The translations under genes and the position numbers were made by a program. A stretch of 64,000 bases of DNA, taken from positions 96,001-160,000 of the forward strand of contig CBDFJR010000002.1 in the NCBI GenBank assembly GCA_965248535.1, written 5' to 3'. The stretch comes from Phormidesmis sp. (GTDB lineage Bacteria; Cyanobacteriota; Cyanobacteriia; Leptolyngbyales; Leptolyngbyaceae). Below are positions 51,613 through 60,774 of the stretch, in pieces. The notes beneath the pieces are model-generated. The model did not search any database. It worked only from the letters and a program-made list of their open reading frames with translations, and was not told the origin of the DNA. The stretch's first letter is position 1. Each line of letters starts with the position of its first letter.

Positions 51613-52880
51613 TAGTCAGTCAGTCCTCGTCCTTGAATGGCGGCTAGTCCTTCCGCTGTGAGAACTGGGCTTTCGGTGTAGTAACCAGCCGCTTTTTTTG
51701 CCTCGATCTCGACCTGAGCATCTGCCGGAATCAAGTCGTCAGGGATGGCGACTCGCTGAATGACCTGAATGCCAGATTGAGTGATGGCGTTATATTTGAG
51801 GTCGCTCATTGAGACTAAGCGATCGATGCGGGTGATGCCCAGCCAATGCAGCACGTCGGGCATGAGTTCTTGAAAGCGCATATCCTGCACGCCAGCGACA
51901 CATTCAGTGCGAGTGAAGTAGGAATCAGCCCGATCGCCCCCCGTTTGTCGTTTGCGGGCGTTGTAGACCAAAAACTTAGTGACTTCTCCTAGCGCCCGCC
52001 CTTCTTTGCGGAGGTAGACCACCACACCTGCGCCGCCTGCTTGGGCGGTTTGAATGCAGGTTTCGAGTCCGTGTACCAAATAGGGGCGACAGGTGCAAAT
52101 ATCTGAGCCAAAAACATCAGAGCCATTGCATTCATCGTGAACTCTGACAGCCAGAGGTCTATCGGGATCGGTAATTGCTGCTGGGTCGCCAATCATGTAG
52201 ACGGTGATGCCCCCGATCGGGGGCAGAAAAACTTTCAGATCCGGGCGAGTCACCAGATCTGAAAACATGCCGCCCGTGTGGTCAAACAACGCTCGCCGCA
52301 GCAGACTTTCGTCAACGTTAAACCGTTTGGCCAGACCAGGAAGATACCACACAGGCTCGATCGCCGCTTTGATCACTTCTAGGTTGCCGCCTGGCTTCAT
52401 GACCGTGCCATCTTCGACTAAGCGCCCTTTAGCAACCGCGTCTTGAAGCTCTGGCAGGTTAATATGGGCTTTGGTGATAGCGATCGAGGGTCGAATGTCA
52501 TATCCCTGCTGATAGAGAGACTGATAAACATCGCTGACGACAGCCCCAAAGGGGTCGAGAGAAATAATCCGATCGGGGTCTGCCCAAGCCGGGTGCGGGC
52601 CAATTTTAACCACGGGTGAGGTGTTGGTGAGATCAGCCCGGTGGCTTGCTTGCAGTCTGCCGCTGCCCACAGCTAGCGCTCGATAGACTGCATAGGGCCC
52701 TGAATGGGTGCCAATCACGTTGCGGTGGGCAGGGTTGAGCAGGGTGCCCACGATCGGGCCTCGTTCTAGGGGGTCTGCGGCTCCCCAATTAATAACACTG
52801 GCTGGAGAAAATCGCGATGGGTGGGATGCCAGAACCCTACGGTTCTGCTTTGGACTGATGGGCTGACTGACCATAGACAC
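51612..52880 (-). CDS. GTP cyclohydrolase II-like URC1/Urg1 protein
   Basis: N-terminal WGA.DP..RGP domain plus RVHDECNGSDVFGSDICTC and EGRALG; TAATG overlap with the URC4 gene. Confidence 0.9.
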   Translation of the reverse strand: MSMVSQPISPKQNRRVLASHPSRFSPASVINWGAADPLERGPIVGTLLNPAHRNVIGTHSGPYAVYRALAVGSGRLQASHRADLTNTSPVVKIGPHPAWADPDRIISLDPFGAVVSDVYQSLYQQGYDIRPSIAITKAHINLPELQDAVAKGRLVEDGTVMKPGGNLEVIKAAIEPVWYLPGLAKRFNVDESLLRRALFDHTGGMFSDLVTRPDLKVFLPPIGGITVYMIGDPAAITDPDRPLAVRVHDECNGSDVFGSDICTCRPYLVHGLETCIQTAQAGGAGVVVYLRKEGRALGEVTKFLVYNARKRQTGGDRADSYFTRTECVAGVQDMRFQELMPDVLHWLGITRIDRLVSMSDLKYNAITQSGIQVIQRVAIPDDLIPADAQVEIEAKKAAGYYTESPVLTAEGLAAIQGRGLTD

Positions 52881-53110
52881 TCCCCGACGTGATGATTAAA
52901 AAATTCTAAAGTTAATCGATTTGGGATAGCCTTCGATATTAGCAACACCTGTTGAAATAGCACAGTAGTCTGTAAGGCAGAAATTATCGGAGTTGTCTAT
53001 TAGGGTTGTTGAGGCTGAATTGTTCACGGCTACTCTCTCGATCGCCCCCGTCGCGTTGCCTTGCCCCAAAGTCTGGGCACTCTACCAAAGCATTCGTCAT
53101 GGAATTTGTC

Positions 53111-54637
53111 ATGCTTGCCAAGGTTTGGAGTGCATCGCTCGTCGGCATTGATGCGGTGAAAGTGGGGGTCGAAGTAGACATCGCGGGAGGGCTGCCCGGA
53201 ATGGTCGTGGTAGGGCTGCCAGACACGAGTGTGCAAGAGTCTAAAGAGCGGGTCAAGACGGCTCTCAAGAATGCAGGCTATGCCTTTCCGATGCGGCGAA
53301 TTGTGATTAATCTAACTCCCGCAGACTTGCGAAAAGAAGGGCCGAGTTTTGATTTGCCAATCAGTGTTGGCATTCTGGCTGCCTCCGAGCAAGTCAAAAT
53401 TGAGTTGCTAGAGACGCATTTGTTTCTGGGCGAAGTTTCGCTTGACGGAACTCTCAGACCTGTGGCAGGGGTGTTGGCGATCGCCGCTGCCGCTCAACGG
53501 CTCGGCATTTCTGGGTTAGTCGTCCCGGCGGGCAATGCCCGCGAAGCGGCGGTAGTCAAAGGCATCTCGGTCTATGGCTTTGGTCACTTGTCTGAGGTGG
53601 GGCAGTTTCTCACCGACCCGACGGCTCACACGCCCATGCAAGTAGATATGGCAGAAGAACTGGAGCGATCGCAGACTCCAGCTTTTGACTTGAGGGATGT
53701 CAAAGGCCAGGCCCATGCGCGTCGAGCGCTAGAAATCGCGGCTGCCGGAGGACACAATCTGGTGTTTGTCGGGCCCCCCGGCAGTGGCAAAACCATGCTG
53801 GCTCGTCGCCTACCCGGAATCTTGCCACCGCTCTCGTTTGAGGAAGCCCTAGAGGTGACCCAGGTTCACTCAGTAGCGGGGTTGCTAAAGGACAAAGGCT
53901 CTTTGGTGAGCACTCGTCCGTTTCGCAGCCCGCACCATTCTGCGTCGGGGGCTTCACTGGTGGGCGGCGGCAGCTATCCGAGACCGGGCGAAATCTCTCT
54001 GGCTCACAGAGGAATATTGTTTCTAGATGAATTGACAGAATTTAAGCGCGACGTGCTGGAGTTTTTGCGGCAGCCTTTAGAAGACGGTCACGTTACCATT
54101 TCTCGCGCTCGGCAGTCGGTCTCGTTTCCGGCTCGATTTACGCTGGTTGCTAGCACTAATCCCTGTCCCTGTGGTTTCTTTGCTGACACGGTGCAGGCTT
54201 GTACCTGTTCTCCGCGATCGCGAGAGCACTATTGGGCAAAACTATCGGGCCCATTGATGGATCGGATTGATCTGCAAGTTGGGGTCAATCGGCTCAAGCC
54301 AGAAGAGATCACTCGACAGCCTACGGGCGAAGACTCAGAAACGGTGCGATCGCGGGTGCAAATTGCTCGTGATCGGGCCCGTCTGCGATTTAAAAACACC
54401 GATTTACGCTGCAATGCCGAGATGCAAAGTTCCCATCTCAGGCAGTGGTGCAAGCTAGATGACTCGACCCGCAATCTTCTCGAAGGCGCGATTCGCAAAC
54501 TGGGATTATCAGTCAGAGCCAGCGATCGCATTCTCAAAGTGGCGCGCACGATCGCCGATCTCGCGGGGGATGAGCCTCTCCAAACCCATCATGTTGCCGA
54601 AGCGGTGCAATATCGCACGATCGATCGAATGCAATAG
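53111..54637 (+). CDS. comM: YifB/ComM family Mg-chelatase-like AAA+ ATPase
   Basis: VGLPD..VQES.ERV, GPPGSGKT, PFRSPHHS, LFLDE, NPCPCG. Confidence 0.9.
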   Translation: MLAKVWSASLVGIDAVKVGVEVDIAGGLPGMVVVGLPDTSVQESKERVKTALKNAGYAFPMRRIVINLTPADLRKEGPSFDLPISVGILAASEQVKIELLETHLFLGEVSLDGTLRPVAGVLAIAAAAQRLGISGLVVPAGNAREAAVVKGISVYGFGHLSEVGQFLTDPTAHTPMQVDMAEELERSQTPAFDLRDVKGQAHARRALEIAAAGGHNLVFVGPPGSGKTMLARRLPGILPPLSFEEALEVTQVHSVAGLLKDKGSLVSTRPFRSPHHSASGASLVGGGSYPRPGEISLAHRGILFLDELTEFKRDVLEFLRQPLEDGHVTISRARQSVSFPARFTLVASTNPCPCGFFADTVQACTCSPRSREHYWAKLSGPLMDRIDLQVGVNRLKPEEITRQPTGEDSETVRSRVQIARDRARLRFKNTDLRCNAEMQSSHLRQWCKLDDSTRNLLEGAIRKLGLSVRASDRILKVARTIADLAGDEPLQTHHVAEAVQYRTIDRMQ

Positions 54638-54649
54638 AAACTAGTTAGA

Positions 54650-56110
54650 TTGAGACCTGATTTGAGCACTCTAGCCAGAGTCTTAAAAGAATTGGTTGCT
54701 ATGTCAAAAAACTATCGTCAAGTCCGCAAGTCAACAGTCGTCAAAAACTCCGCTGGTCAGCAATTCCAACTAGGCGGCTATCGCCCCGAAAAGCAGAACT
54801 CTCAAGACAAAAAATACAGTGCGGGTCGCGATCGTTCCCTGCCTTCTAAAGTCGATCTTCGCGCCTACATGACTCCGGTCGAAAATCAGGGCAACTCCAA
54901 TAGCTGCACCGCCAACGCCATGGCAGGGGCCTATGAATATCTGACAAACCGCCTGCTCGGACAATCGGAAGATGTCAGCCGTTTGTTCATCTACTACAAC
55001 GCACGAGAATTTGACGGCGACCCCAGCCAAGACCAAGGCACATATCTGAAAAGCTGCGTCAAAGTGTTGCGAAAATATGGCGCTTGTTCTGAAAACACTT
55101 GGTCGTTTAACCTCGAACAAATTCTAGAGCAGCCGCCTAAAAAGGCTTATGCAGAAGCCACAAACTTCCGAGTTGAAGACGCGGCTCGTGTGGAGGTCGA
55201 TCTTCACGCCATGCGGAGTTGTCTGGCAGAGGGCTATCCGTTTGCGTTTGGCTTGCAGCTTTTCGAGTCTTTTCAGCAGGCAGGCTCTAGCGGATTGGTG
55301 CCCATGCCTGACCCCGATCGCGAAAAGCACGACGGCGGCCACGCGATGCTGTGTGTGGGCTATTCTGACCCTGATCAAGTTTTTATCGTTCGCAATTCAT
55401 GGGGCGATGACTGGGGCGAGCAGGGCTATTGCTACATCCCTTACGACTACATGACCAAGCCTGATTTTAACCACGACTGCTGGACGATTCGCCAAGTCAG
55501 CGATCGTGACCTGAGTCAGGGCATTCAGGGCAGTTCGGCTCCTCTGTTTAGTGGGTCAAAGGCGGCGATCGCGACTGCATTTCAAACCCCCGGCGCAATT
55601 TATCAACCCTCAGTGATCGCCTTGTTAGAAGAGTCTCACTATGAGACTTACACGGTTGAATATGAAGAAGAGCTTGTCTACATCGAAAACCAAGGGTTTG
55701 TCTCCGTCGATGCTTACGAGAACCTCGATTTTCTCTACTTCCAGGAGTATGACGAAACTGAAGAAGAGTCCGACGACAGCGACGAAGACTCTGAATTCTA
55801 CGAGGAGACTGTAACCGAATACGAAGAAGAGTCCGACGACGAAAAGTCCGACGAAGACGACTCTGAAGAAATCGATAACAGCGACGACGAAGAGTCTGAC
55901 GAAGACGACGAAGAGGAAAGCGACGAAGACGAAGAAGATATCGACGCAGAGACTGAAGGCAGCGACGACGAAGAGGATTCTGAAGAAGAGGAAGATCCTG
56001 AAGAGGAAGATCCTGACGAAGAGGCTTCCGAAGAAAGCGACGAAGAAAGCGAAGACAGTTATGAAGAAGAGTCTGAAGAAGATTTAGGAGGCGATGAAGG
56101 CGAAGAGTAG
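54650..56110 (+). CDS. C1A (papain-like) cysteine peptidase with a long Asp/Glu tail (start probably ATG 54701)
   Basis: QG..NSCTANA, GGHAM..VGY, RNSWG..WG..GY; the C-terminal ~125 aa are mostly D/E/S. Confidence 0.88.
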   Translation: MRPDLSTLARVLKELVAMSKNYRQVRKSTVVKNSAGQQFQLGGYRPEKQNSQDKKYSAGRDRSLPSKVDLRAYMTPVENQGNSNSCTANAMAGAYEYLTNRLLGQSEDVSRLFIYYNAREFDGDPSQDQGTYLKSCVKVLRKYGACSENTWSFNLEQILEQPPKKAYAEATNFRVEDAARVEVDLHAMRSCLAEGYPFAFGLQLFESFQQAGSSGLVPMPDPDREKHDGGHAMLCVGYSDPDQVFIVRNSWGDDWGEQGYCYIPYDYMTKPDFNHDCWTIRQVSDRDLSQGIQGSSAPLFSGSKAAIATAFQTPGAIYQPSVIALLEESHYETYTVEYEEELVYIENQGFVSVDAYENLDFLYFQEYDETEEESDDSDEDSEFYEETVTEYEEESDDEKSDEDDSEEIDNSDDEESDEDDEEESDEDEEDIDAETEGSDDEEDSEEEEDPEEEDPDEEASEESDEESEDSYEEESEEDLGGDEGEE

Positions 56111-56266
56111 GGCTAACCGATAGCGCGATCGCACAAATTCCATCAAAACCTGCTGCAATGCCCAGGCTGACTATTTCAACAGCGTGGGCATTGCCGTGAC
56201 ATAACCCACCATTTATCAAGCAAATTAGACGCTACAATGTGACGGTTGTATTCTGCACGACGAGCC

Positions 56267-57562
56267 TTGATAGAGCGCTATACCCTACCCGAAATGGGCA
56301 ATTTGTGGACTGAAGCCTATAAATTTCAAACCTGGCTAGAGGTTGAGATCGCCGTCTGCGAAGCTCAGGCTGAGTTGGGTTACATTCCGGCTGAGGCCGT
56401 TGCAGACATCAAAGCAAAAGCAACCTTTGACCCCAAACGCATCTTAGAAATCGAGGCCGAAGTTCGGCACGATGTGATTGCGTTTCTCACTAACGTTAAT
56501 GAATCTGTAGGCGAAGCCGGACGATACATCCACTTGGGCATGACCAGTTCTGATGTCCTAGACACCGCCCTGGCACTGCAACTTGTCGCCAGTTTAGATG
56601 TGATTATGTCTCACGTTGAGGCGTTGATTCAGGCACTTCGCTATCAGGCTCAACAGCACCGCAACACCGTCATGATTGGGCGATCGCACGGCATTCACGC
56701 CGAGCCAATCACCTTTGGCTTTAAGCTGGCTGGCTGGCTGGCAGAAATGCTGCGACACCGCGATCGTCTCTGTCAACTCAAAAAAACCATTGCCGTCGGT
56801 CAAATCTCTGGCGCGGTTGGCACCTACGCCAACATTGACCCTCGCATTGAGTCTTTAACCTGTCAAAACCTGGGACTCGAACCCGATGCTGCCTCGACGC
56901 AGGTGATTTCTCGCGATCGCCACGCCGATTATATGAATGGCTTGGCGCTGTTAGCCTCGTCGATCGAGCGTTTTGCCGTAGAAATTCGCAACCTTCAGCG
57001 CACCGATGTTTTAGAAGTTGAAGAGTTTTTCTCAAAGGGACAAAAAGGCTCCTCTGCAATGCCCCATAAGCGGAACCCGATCCGGTCAGAGCGTCTCACC
57101 GGAATGGCTCGTCTCATCCGAGGCTATGCGGTTGCCGCGATGGAAAACGTTGCGCTCTGGCACGAGCGAGATATTTCCCATAGCTCAGTCGAACGGGTGG
57201 CCTTTCCCGATGCCTGCATTTTGACTCACTTCATGTTGGTCGAAACGACTGACTTGGTGAAAAACCTGCTGGTTTACCCCGACAACATGGCGCGCAACAT
57301 GAACCTTTATGGGGGAGTCGTTTTTAGTCAAAGAGTTTTGTTGGCGCTGATTGGCAAAGATGTCAGTCGCGAAGAGGCGTATACGATCGTGCAGTCATGC
57401 GCTCATCAAGCCTGGAACAAACCCGAAGGTGACTTCCGCAAGTTGATTAGTGAAGACCCCCGCGTGGTCGAAAAGCTCTCCCCGGCTGAAATTGCTGATT
57501 GTTTCGATCCTCAACATCATCTCAAAAATCTAGATCAGGTTTATCAACGACTAGGCATTTGA
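56267..57562 (+). CDS. purB: Adenylosuccinate lyase
   Basis: IERY, HLGMTSSD, GRSHG.HAEP, GSSAMPHKRNP. Confidence 0.97.
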   Translation: MIERYTLPEMGNLWTEAYKFQTWLEVEIAVCEAQAELGYIPAEAVADIKAKATFDPKRILEIEAEVRHDVIAFLTNVNESVGEAGRYIHLGMTSSDVLDTALALQLVASLDVIMSHVEALIQALRYQAQQHRNTVMIGRSHGIHAEPITFGFKLAGWLAEMLRHRDRLCQLKKTIAVGQISGAVGTYANIDPRIESLTCQNLGLEPDAASTQVISRDRHADYMNGLALLASSIERFAVEIRNLQRTDVLEVEEFFSKGQKGSSAMPHKRNPIRSERLTGMARLIRGYAVAAMENVALWHERDISHSSVERVAFPDACILTHFMLVETTDLVKNLLVYPDNMARNMNLYGGVVFSQRVLLALIGKDVSREEAYTIVQSCAHQAWNKPEGDFRKLISEDPRVVEKLSPAEIADCFDPQHHLKNLDQVYQRLGI

Positions 57563-57689
57563 GCTTCTTAGACTCTACTGTTCCATCCAAGGCAGATTCA
57601 CATCGTCAGGCATTCCAATCGGCAAGAAAGATAGTCAACGTAATCAAGTTACTGCACCCTTCTGGAACACAACCGAAAAAGGTTAGCAA

Positions 57690-58044
57690 ATGATGACTAT
57701 ATTGCTTTTGATTGTGTGTTTTGTGGTCACGGTCTTGCTCCTCCTTGGGGTTCTGATCATCGGCATAGGCGTTCACTTCACCCTACAGAACCTTAAAGCG
57801 CCGTTAATTCAAAGAATGGCACGGGTGGTCAGCAAATAAAGAGCGCCAAGTGATGGTTTCAACTGGCTTGGGCACCGTTCCTTTTCCAATATTTTCTGTT
57901 ACTTTTGCCTTCCAAAATAGTTCGCCAGAGAAATTTGAAGTCAGTTCGTCGCAGTATCGGGGCATTCAAGAAGGCAGTTATGGAATCTTTGCCTCCCAAA
58001 GAACCTGGTATAAACGGTTCGATAGTACTGAAGCGTTTCAGTAA
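57690..58044 (+). pseudogene. DUF2500-like membrane protein split by a frameshift
   Basis: TM + QNLKAP....ARVVSK* (57690-57839), continuing in the +1 frame as KERQV...FSVTFAF...FEVS..QY..IQEG..G.F. Confidence 0.5.
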
Positions 58045-58241
58045 GCCCTAGACTTCTGTTTCCCTTTTAGTGGTTGTCTTCTGACCTGCGTTTCTATCTT
58101 TTTTCTACTAGTTTGGTTCGCGATTTATGGAGCAGTTTAATCTTCGTCGGTCGTTGGATGGATTTAATTTAAGTACAGAACAAAAAACTTAGCCTGTGGA
58201 CATACTGCGCTCGCCGACGATCGCACTCACTCTACCCAAAC

Positions 58242-60161
58242 TCACTCCATTCGGGCAAAATGCTCTAGTAGCATCCGATGGACAAAGATATAACCGCCGC
58301 CAACTTTTTGCAGAAAAATGCGCTCACTGGCGTAGTCGAGGAAGCGGGAATAGTCCCAGGGAATACAATTGTTGCGGTGAAGGATGGATCGTAAGATGAA
58401 GTGTTGGAGGCAGGCTTTACCACCTCCAAAAAACAGCCCAAAGATCAGTCCGAAAATTAGCCCCAGTCCCAGCCATTGTAGTTGCCCTAGAAAAATTACA
58501 ATCAGCAAGCCAATTCCTGCGCCTATCATTCCTAAAATAAGGGCGTTTCTAACTGAGTTCCAAATTCCTTGATTAGGAGATGTTTTTCTCTCTATTTTTG
58601 GGCCGATCAGTCCACCTAGCAAGCCCAAAATTAGTCCACTAATTAGCCCATACGCGATTATTAAGATAGGCATGAGTGGTGATAAAAGAGAAATTCCCAC
58701 AATTATTCCCAAAGGCAATCCTCCAAGGAATCCTTGTTTCGCAGACTTTATGGCTTCTTGCCAAGACCATTTCAAGCTTTCATCTTGCCAAGACCATTTC
58801 AACGTTTCAACTGTTTTGATTTCATCCATCCGCCAAGCTAATTTCCATTCCTCCATCTTCCACCAAGCTAAAGGTAGGACGATACTCATTCCAATGATTA
58901 GTCCCTGTAATGGACTCAATACAAAACAACCAATCAGGAAACCCATCATTAACCCCATCAGGCGAGTTCCCCATTCATAGACCTTTTTTTGGGTCGTTTC
59001 TAACCAAGTCGGCTGCATTCCCTCAATAAAAAAGACCGTTTGCGATGCGTGAGACATCCGTTGCGCTAGCCAAGTTAGCCAGTGTATGGACTGACCCTTC
59101 GAGTATTGTTGATTAACTCCCTTTCGCTTGAACATCCGCTCAATATAAGAATTGAATAAGTGTTCACGATGTGCTTCTACTGAACCTGTTTGAAGTATTT
59201 CTTCTACCTTTTTGCCTTGATAAGCCAAAGTCATAACATTAAGCGTTAGAGGAGACTTCGCTAACTCTTGCAGTGCGGTATCTTCGGACAGCAGAGTTTT
59301 GACGGCTTCTAGTTGTTCACCTGCCGCGTCTAAATAGTGGTTAACCTGCTCAGGAGTCAGAGAGCGGATGTAGATCGCGCCCCGTAATTGCAGACGGTTA
59401 GACAGAACTTCATAGTCTGCAATCCGACTACAGACCACTATCTCAGTCTGCCCGTGCGTTTGCATAAACTGGTTGATAGCTTCGACGCAGGCTTCTCGCC
59501 GATCGGACTTTACCTCGTCTAGACCGTCTAGCAGTAGGAGTAGTTGTTGATCTTCAATCCAGGTTTTAGCAAGAGTCTTGGAAACTTTATACTGACTGTA
59601 CAGTTCCTCAATCAGCCAATCTGCGATCGTTTGCCGTTTGCTGCCCCAAGAAGATAAGTTAAACACCACTGGACTCAGCCGACTCAAACCCCCTTCAGCA
59701 CGAGCAATCAAATTCTGTGCCAGTTTTAGGAGGGTTATTGTTTTCCCAGCCCCTGGGTCTCCCAAAATCAACAGAGTTCGCCCCTCTCCGATTTGATTGA
59801 AGACCTCAGTTGCGCCTGTCCCTGAAGGCAAAATTTGTCTGGACTCTTCTGGTAGCTCCTCGAAGCTACTAAATGAACGTTCTATTGCATCCGATCGCTT
59901 TTCTAGACCAAGTTCAATCATTGTCTTGGTGTGCAATGACTTTTCTAAGACCCCTTCAATCCAATAATCTTTGACTTTACTGAGTAAAACTTGCCTCTGG
60001 CGGTATTCTACCTGAGTTAAAGATTGTTCTGCACTGGGTGATTGCCCACTAATTAACTCAGAGACTTGGGAAATGAAGTATTGAGTGACGGCTCCATGAT
60101 TTTCTTGGATAAACCCCTGAACATTTCCGCCAGAGATGTTGACAAAATTATCGGCAGTCAT
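58242..60161 (-). CDS. NACHT NTPase with C-terminal transmembrane region and N-terminal amyloid-like motif
   Basis: Walker A GDPGAGKT, Walker B LLLLLDGLDE, CSR, PL.L, Gly-rich TM helices, C-terminal FLQKVGGGYIFVH. Confidence 0.9.
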   Translation of the reverse strand: MTADNFVNISGGNVQGFIQENHGAVTQYFISQVSELISGQSPSAEQSLTQVEYRQRQVLLSKVKDYWIEGVLEKSLHTKTMIELGLEKRSDAIERSFSSFEELPEESRQILPSGTGATEVFNQIGEGRTLLILGDPGAGKTITLLKLAQNLIARAEGGLSRLSPVVFNLSSWGSKRQTIADWLIEELYSQYKVSKTLAKTWIEDQQLLLLLDGLDEVKSDRREACVEAINQFMQTHGQTEIVVCSRIADYEVLSNRLQLRGAIYIRSLTPEQVNHYLDAAGEQLEAVKTLLSEDTALQELAKSPLTLNVMTLAYQGKKVEEILQTGSVEAHREHLFNSYIERMFKRKGVNQQYSKGQSIHWLTWLAQRMSHASQTVFFIEGMQPTWLETTQKKVYEWGTRLMGLMMGFLIGCFVLSPLQGLIIGMSIVLPLAWWKMEEWKLAWRMDEIKTVETLKWSWQDESLKWSWQEAIKSAKQGFLGGLPLGIIVGISLLSPLMPILIIAYGLISGLILGLLGGLIGPKIERKTSPNQGIWNSVRNALILGMIGAGIGLLIVIFLGQLQWLGLGLIFGLIFGLFFGGGKACLQHFILRSILHRNNCIPWDYSRFLDYASERIFLQKVGGGYIFVHRMLLEHFARME

Positions 60162-60178
60162 TTTCTAAGCGCCCTTGA

Positions 60179-60556
60179 TTAACTGAAGTTTTGAGTTATC
60201 GTCCCAGTATTTTGCTGTGTCAAACCTTGAACTGTACCCCCAGAAATTTGAACACTAAATTTCCCTTCCGCTGCTTCTTGAGGATGTAGTTGTTCCATTA
60301 ACTTTTGAGCCAGTTTAACAATTTCTTCGTCTTTGTCAGCTCCAGCCTCAGTTAATTCATCTTCTAAAAGAGGTCTCGTCTTTTCGGGCTTCTGTTCATA
60401 CTTATCCAGGATAGTAGCTGAATCTGATTTTCCTTGACTCTCAAACTTGTGCTTAATCAAGGCTTTCAAGCCGTTGTAAGCATCTTGAGCGACACCACCA
60501 GCCGTTTTTGCTGCACCAGCTACCAATGCTGCAAGGATAAGAGAAATAGGATCCAT
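60179..60556 (-). CDS. Bell-like helical protein with C-terminal amyloid-signalling-like motif
   Basis: N-terminal MDPISLILAALVAGA, AY..LK..I..KF helix, C-terminal G/Q/N/T-rich tail matching the NACHT N-terminus; RBS AGGAG. Confidence 0.75.
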   Translation of the reverse strand: MDPISLILAALVAGAAKTAGGVAQDAYNGLKALIKHKFESQGKSDSATILDKYEQKPEKTRPLLEDELTEAGADKDEEIVKLAQKLMEQLHPQEAAEGKFSVQISGGTVQGLTQQNTGTITQNFS

Positions 60557-60774
60557 AAATTCATCTCCTGAGGTTTAAGTTTTGAGTCAAACCATCTGTT
60601 GCGTTTAAGATAGGACAGGAAAAGAGATAACACTGGAAAGACGCAGATATCGTGATGTTTCTTGATAAACAGATTTGAGTATCAGTGCGATCGCTTTAAC
60701 CAAGAGCTTACGGGGTTTTGGCGATTTCTTCCTACCGATCTCTTCCCGATTGCAGCCTCATCAAGGATTCAGGG

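Noticed and set aside
51612..52880. Riboflavin ribA call
   Set aside because: The long N-terminal extension and coupling to DUF1688 point to the URC1 subfamily.
55548..56219. 223-aa Arg/Leu-rich minus-strand ORF
   Set aside because: It is the antisense shadow of the low-complexity GAA/GAC acidic tail.
58045..58241. attC site downstream of the NACHT gene
   Set aside because: An ATCCAAC occurs on the minus strand, but no matching CAGCGG/CCGCTG arms or GTTRRRY end were found.
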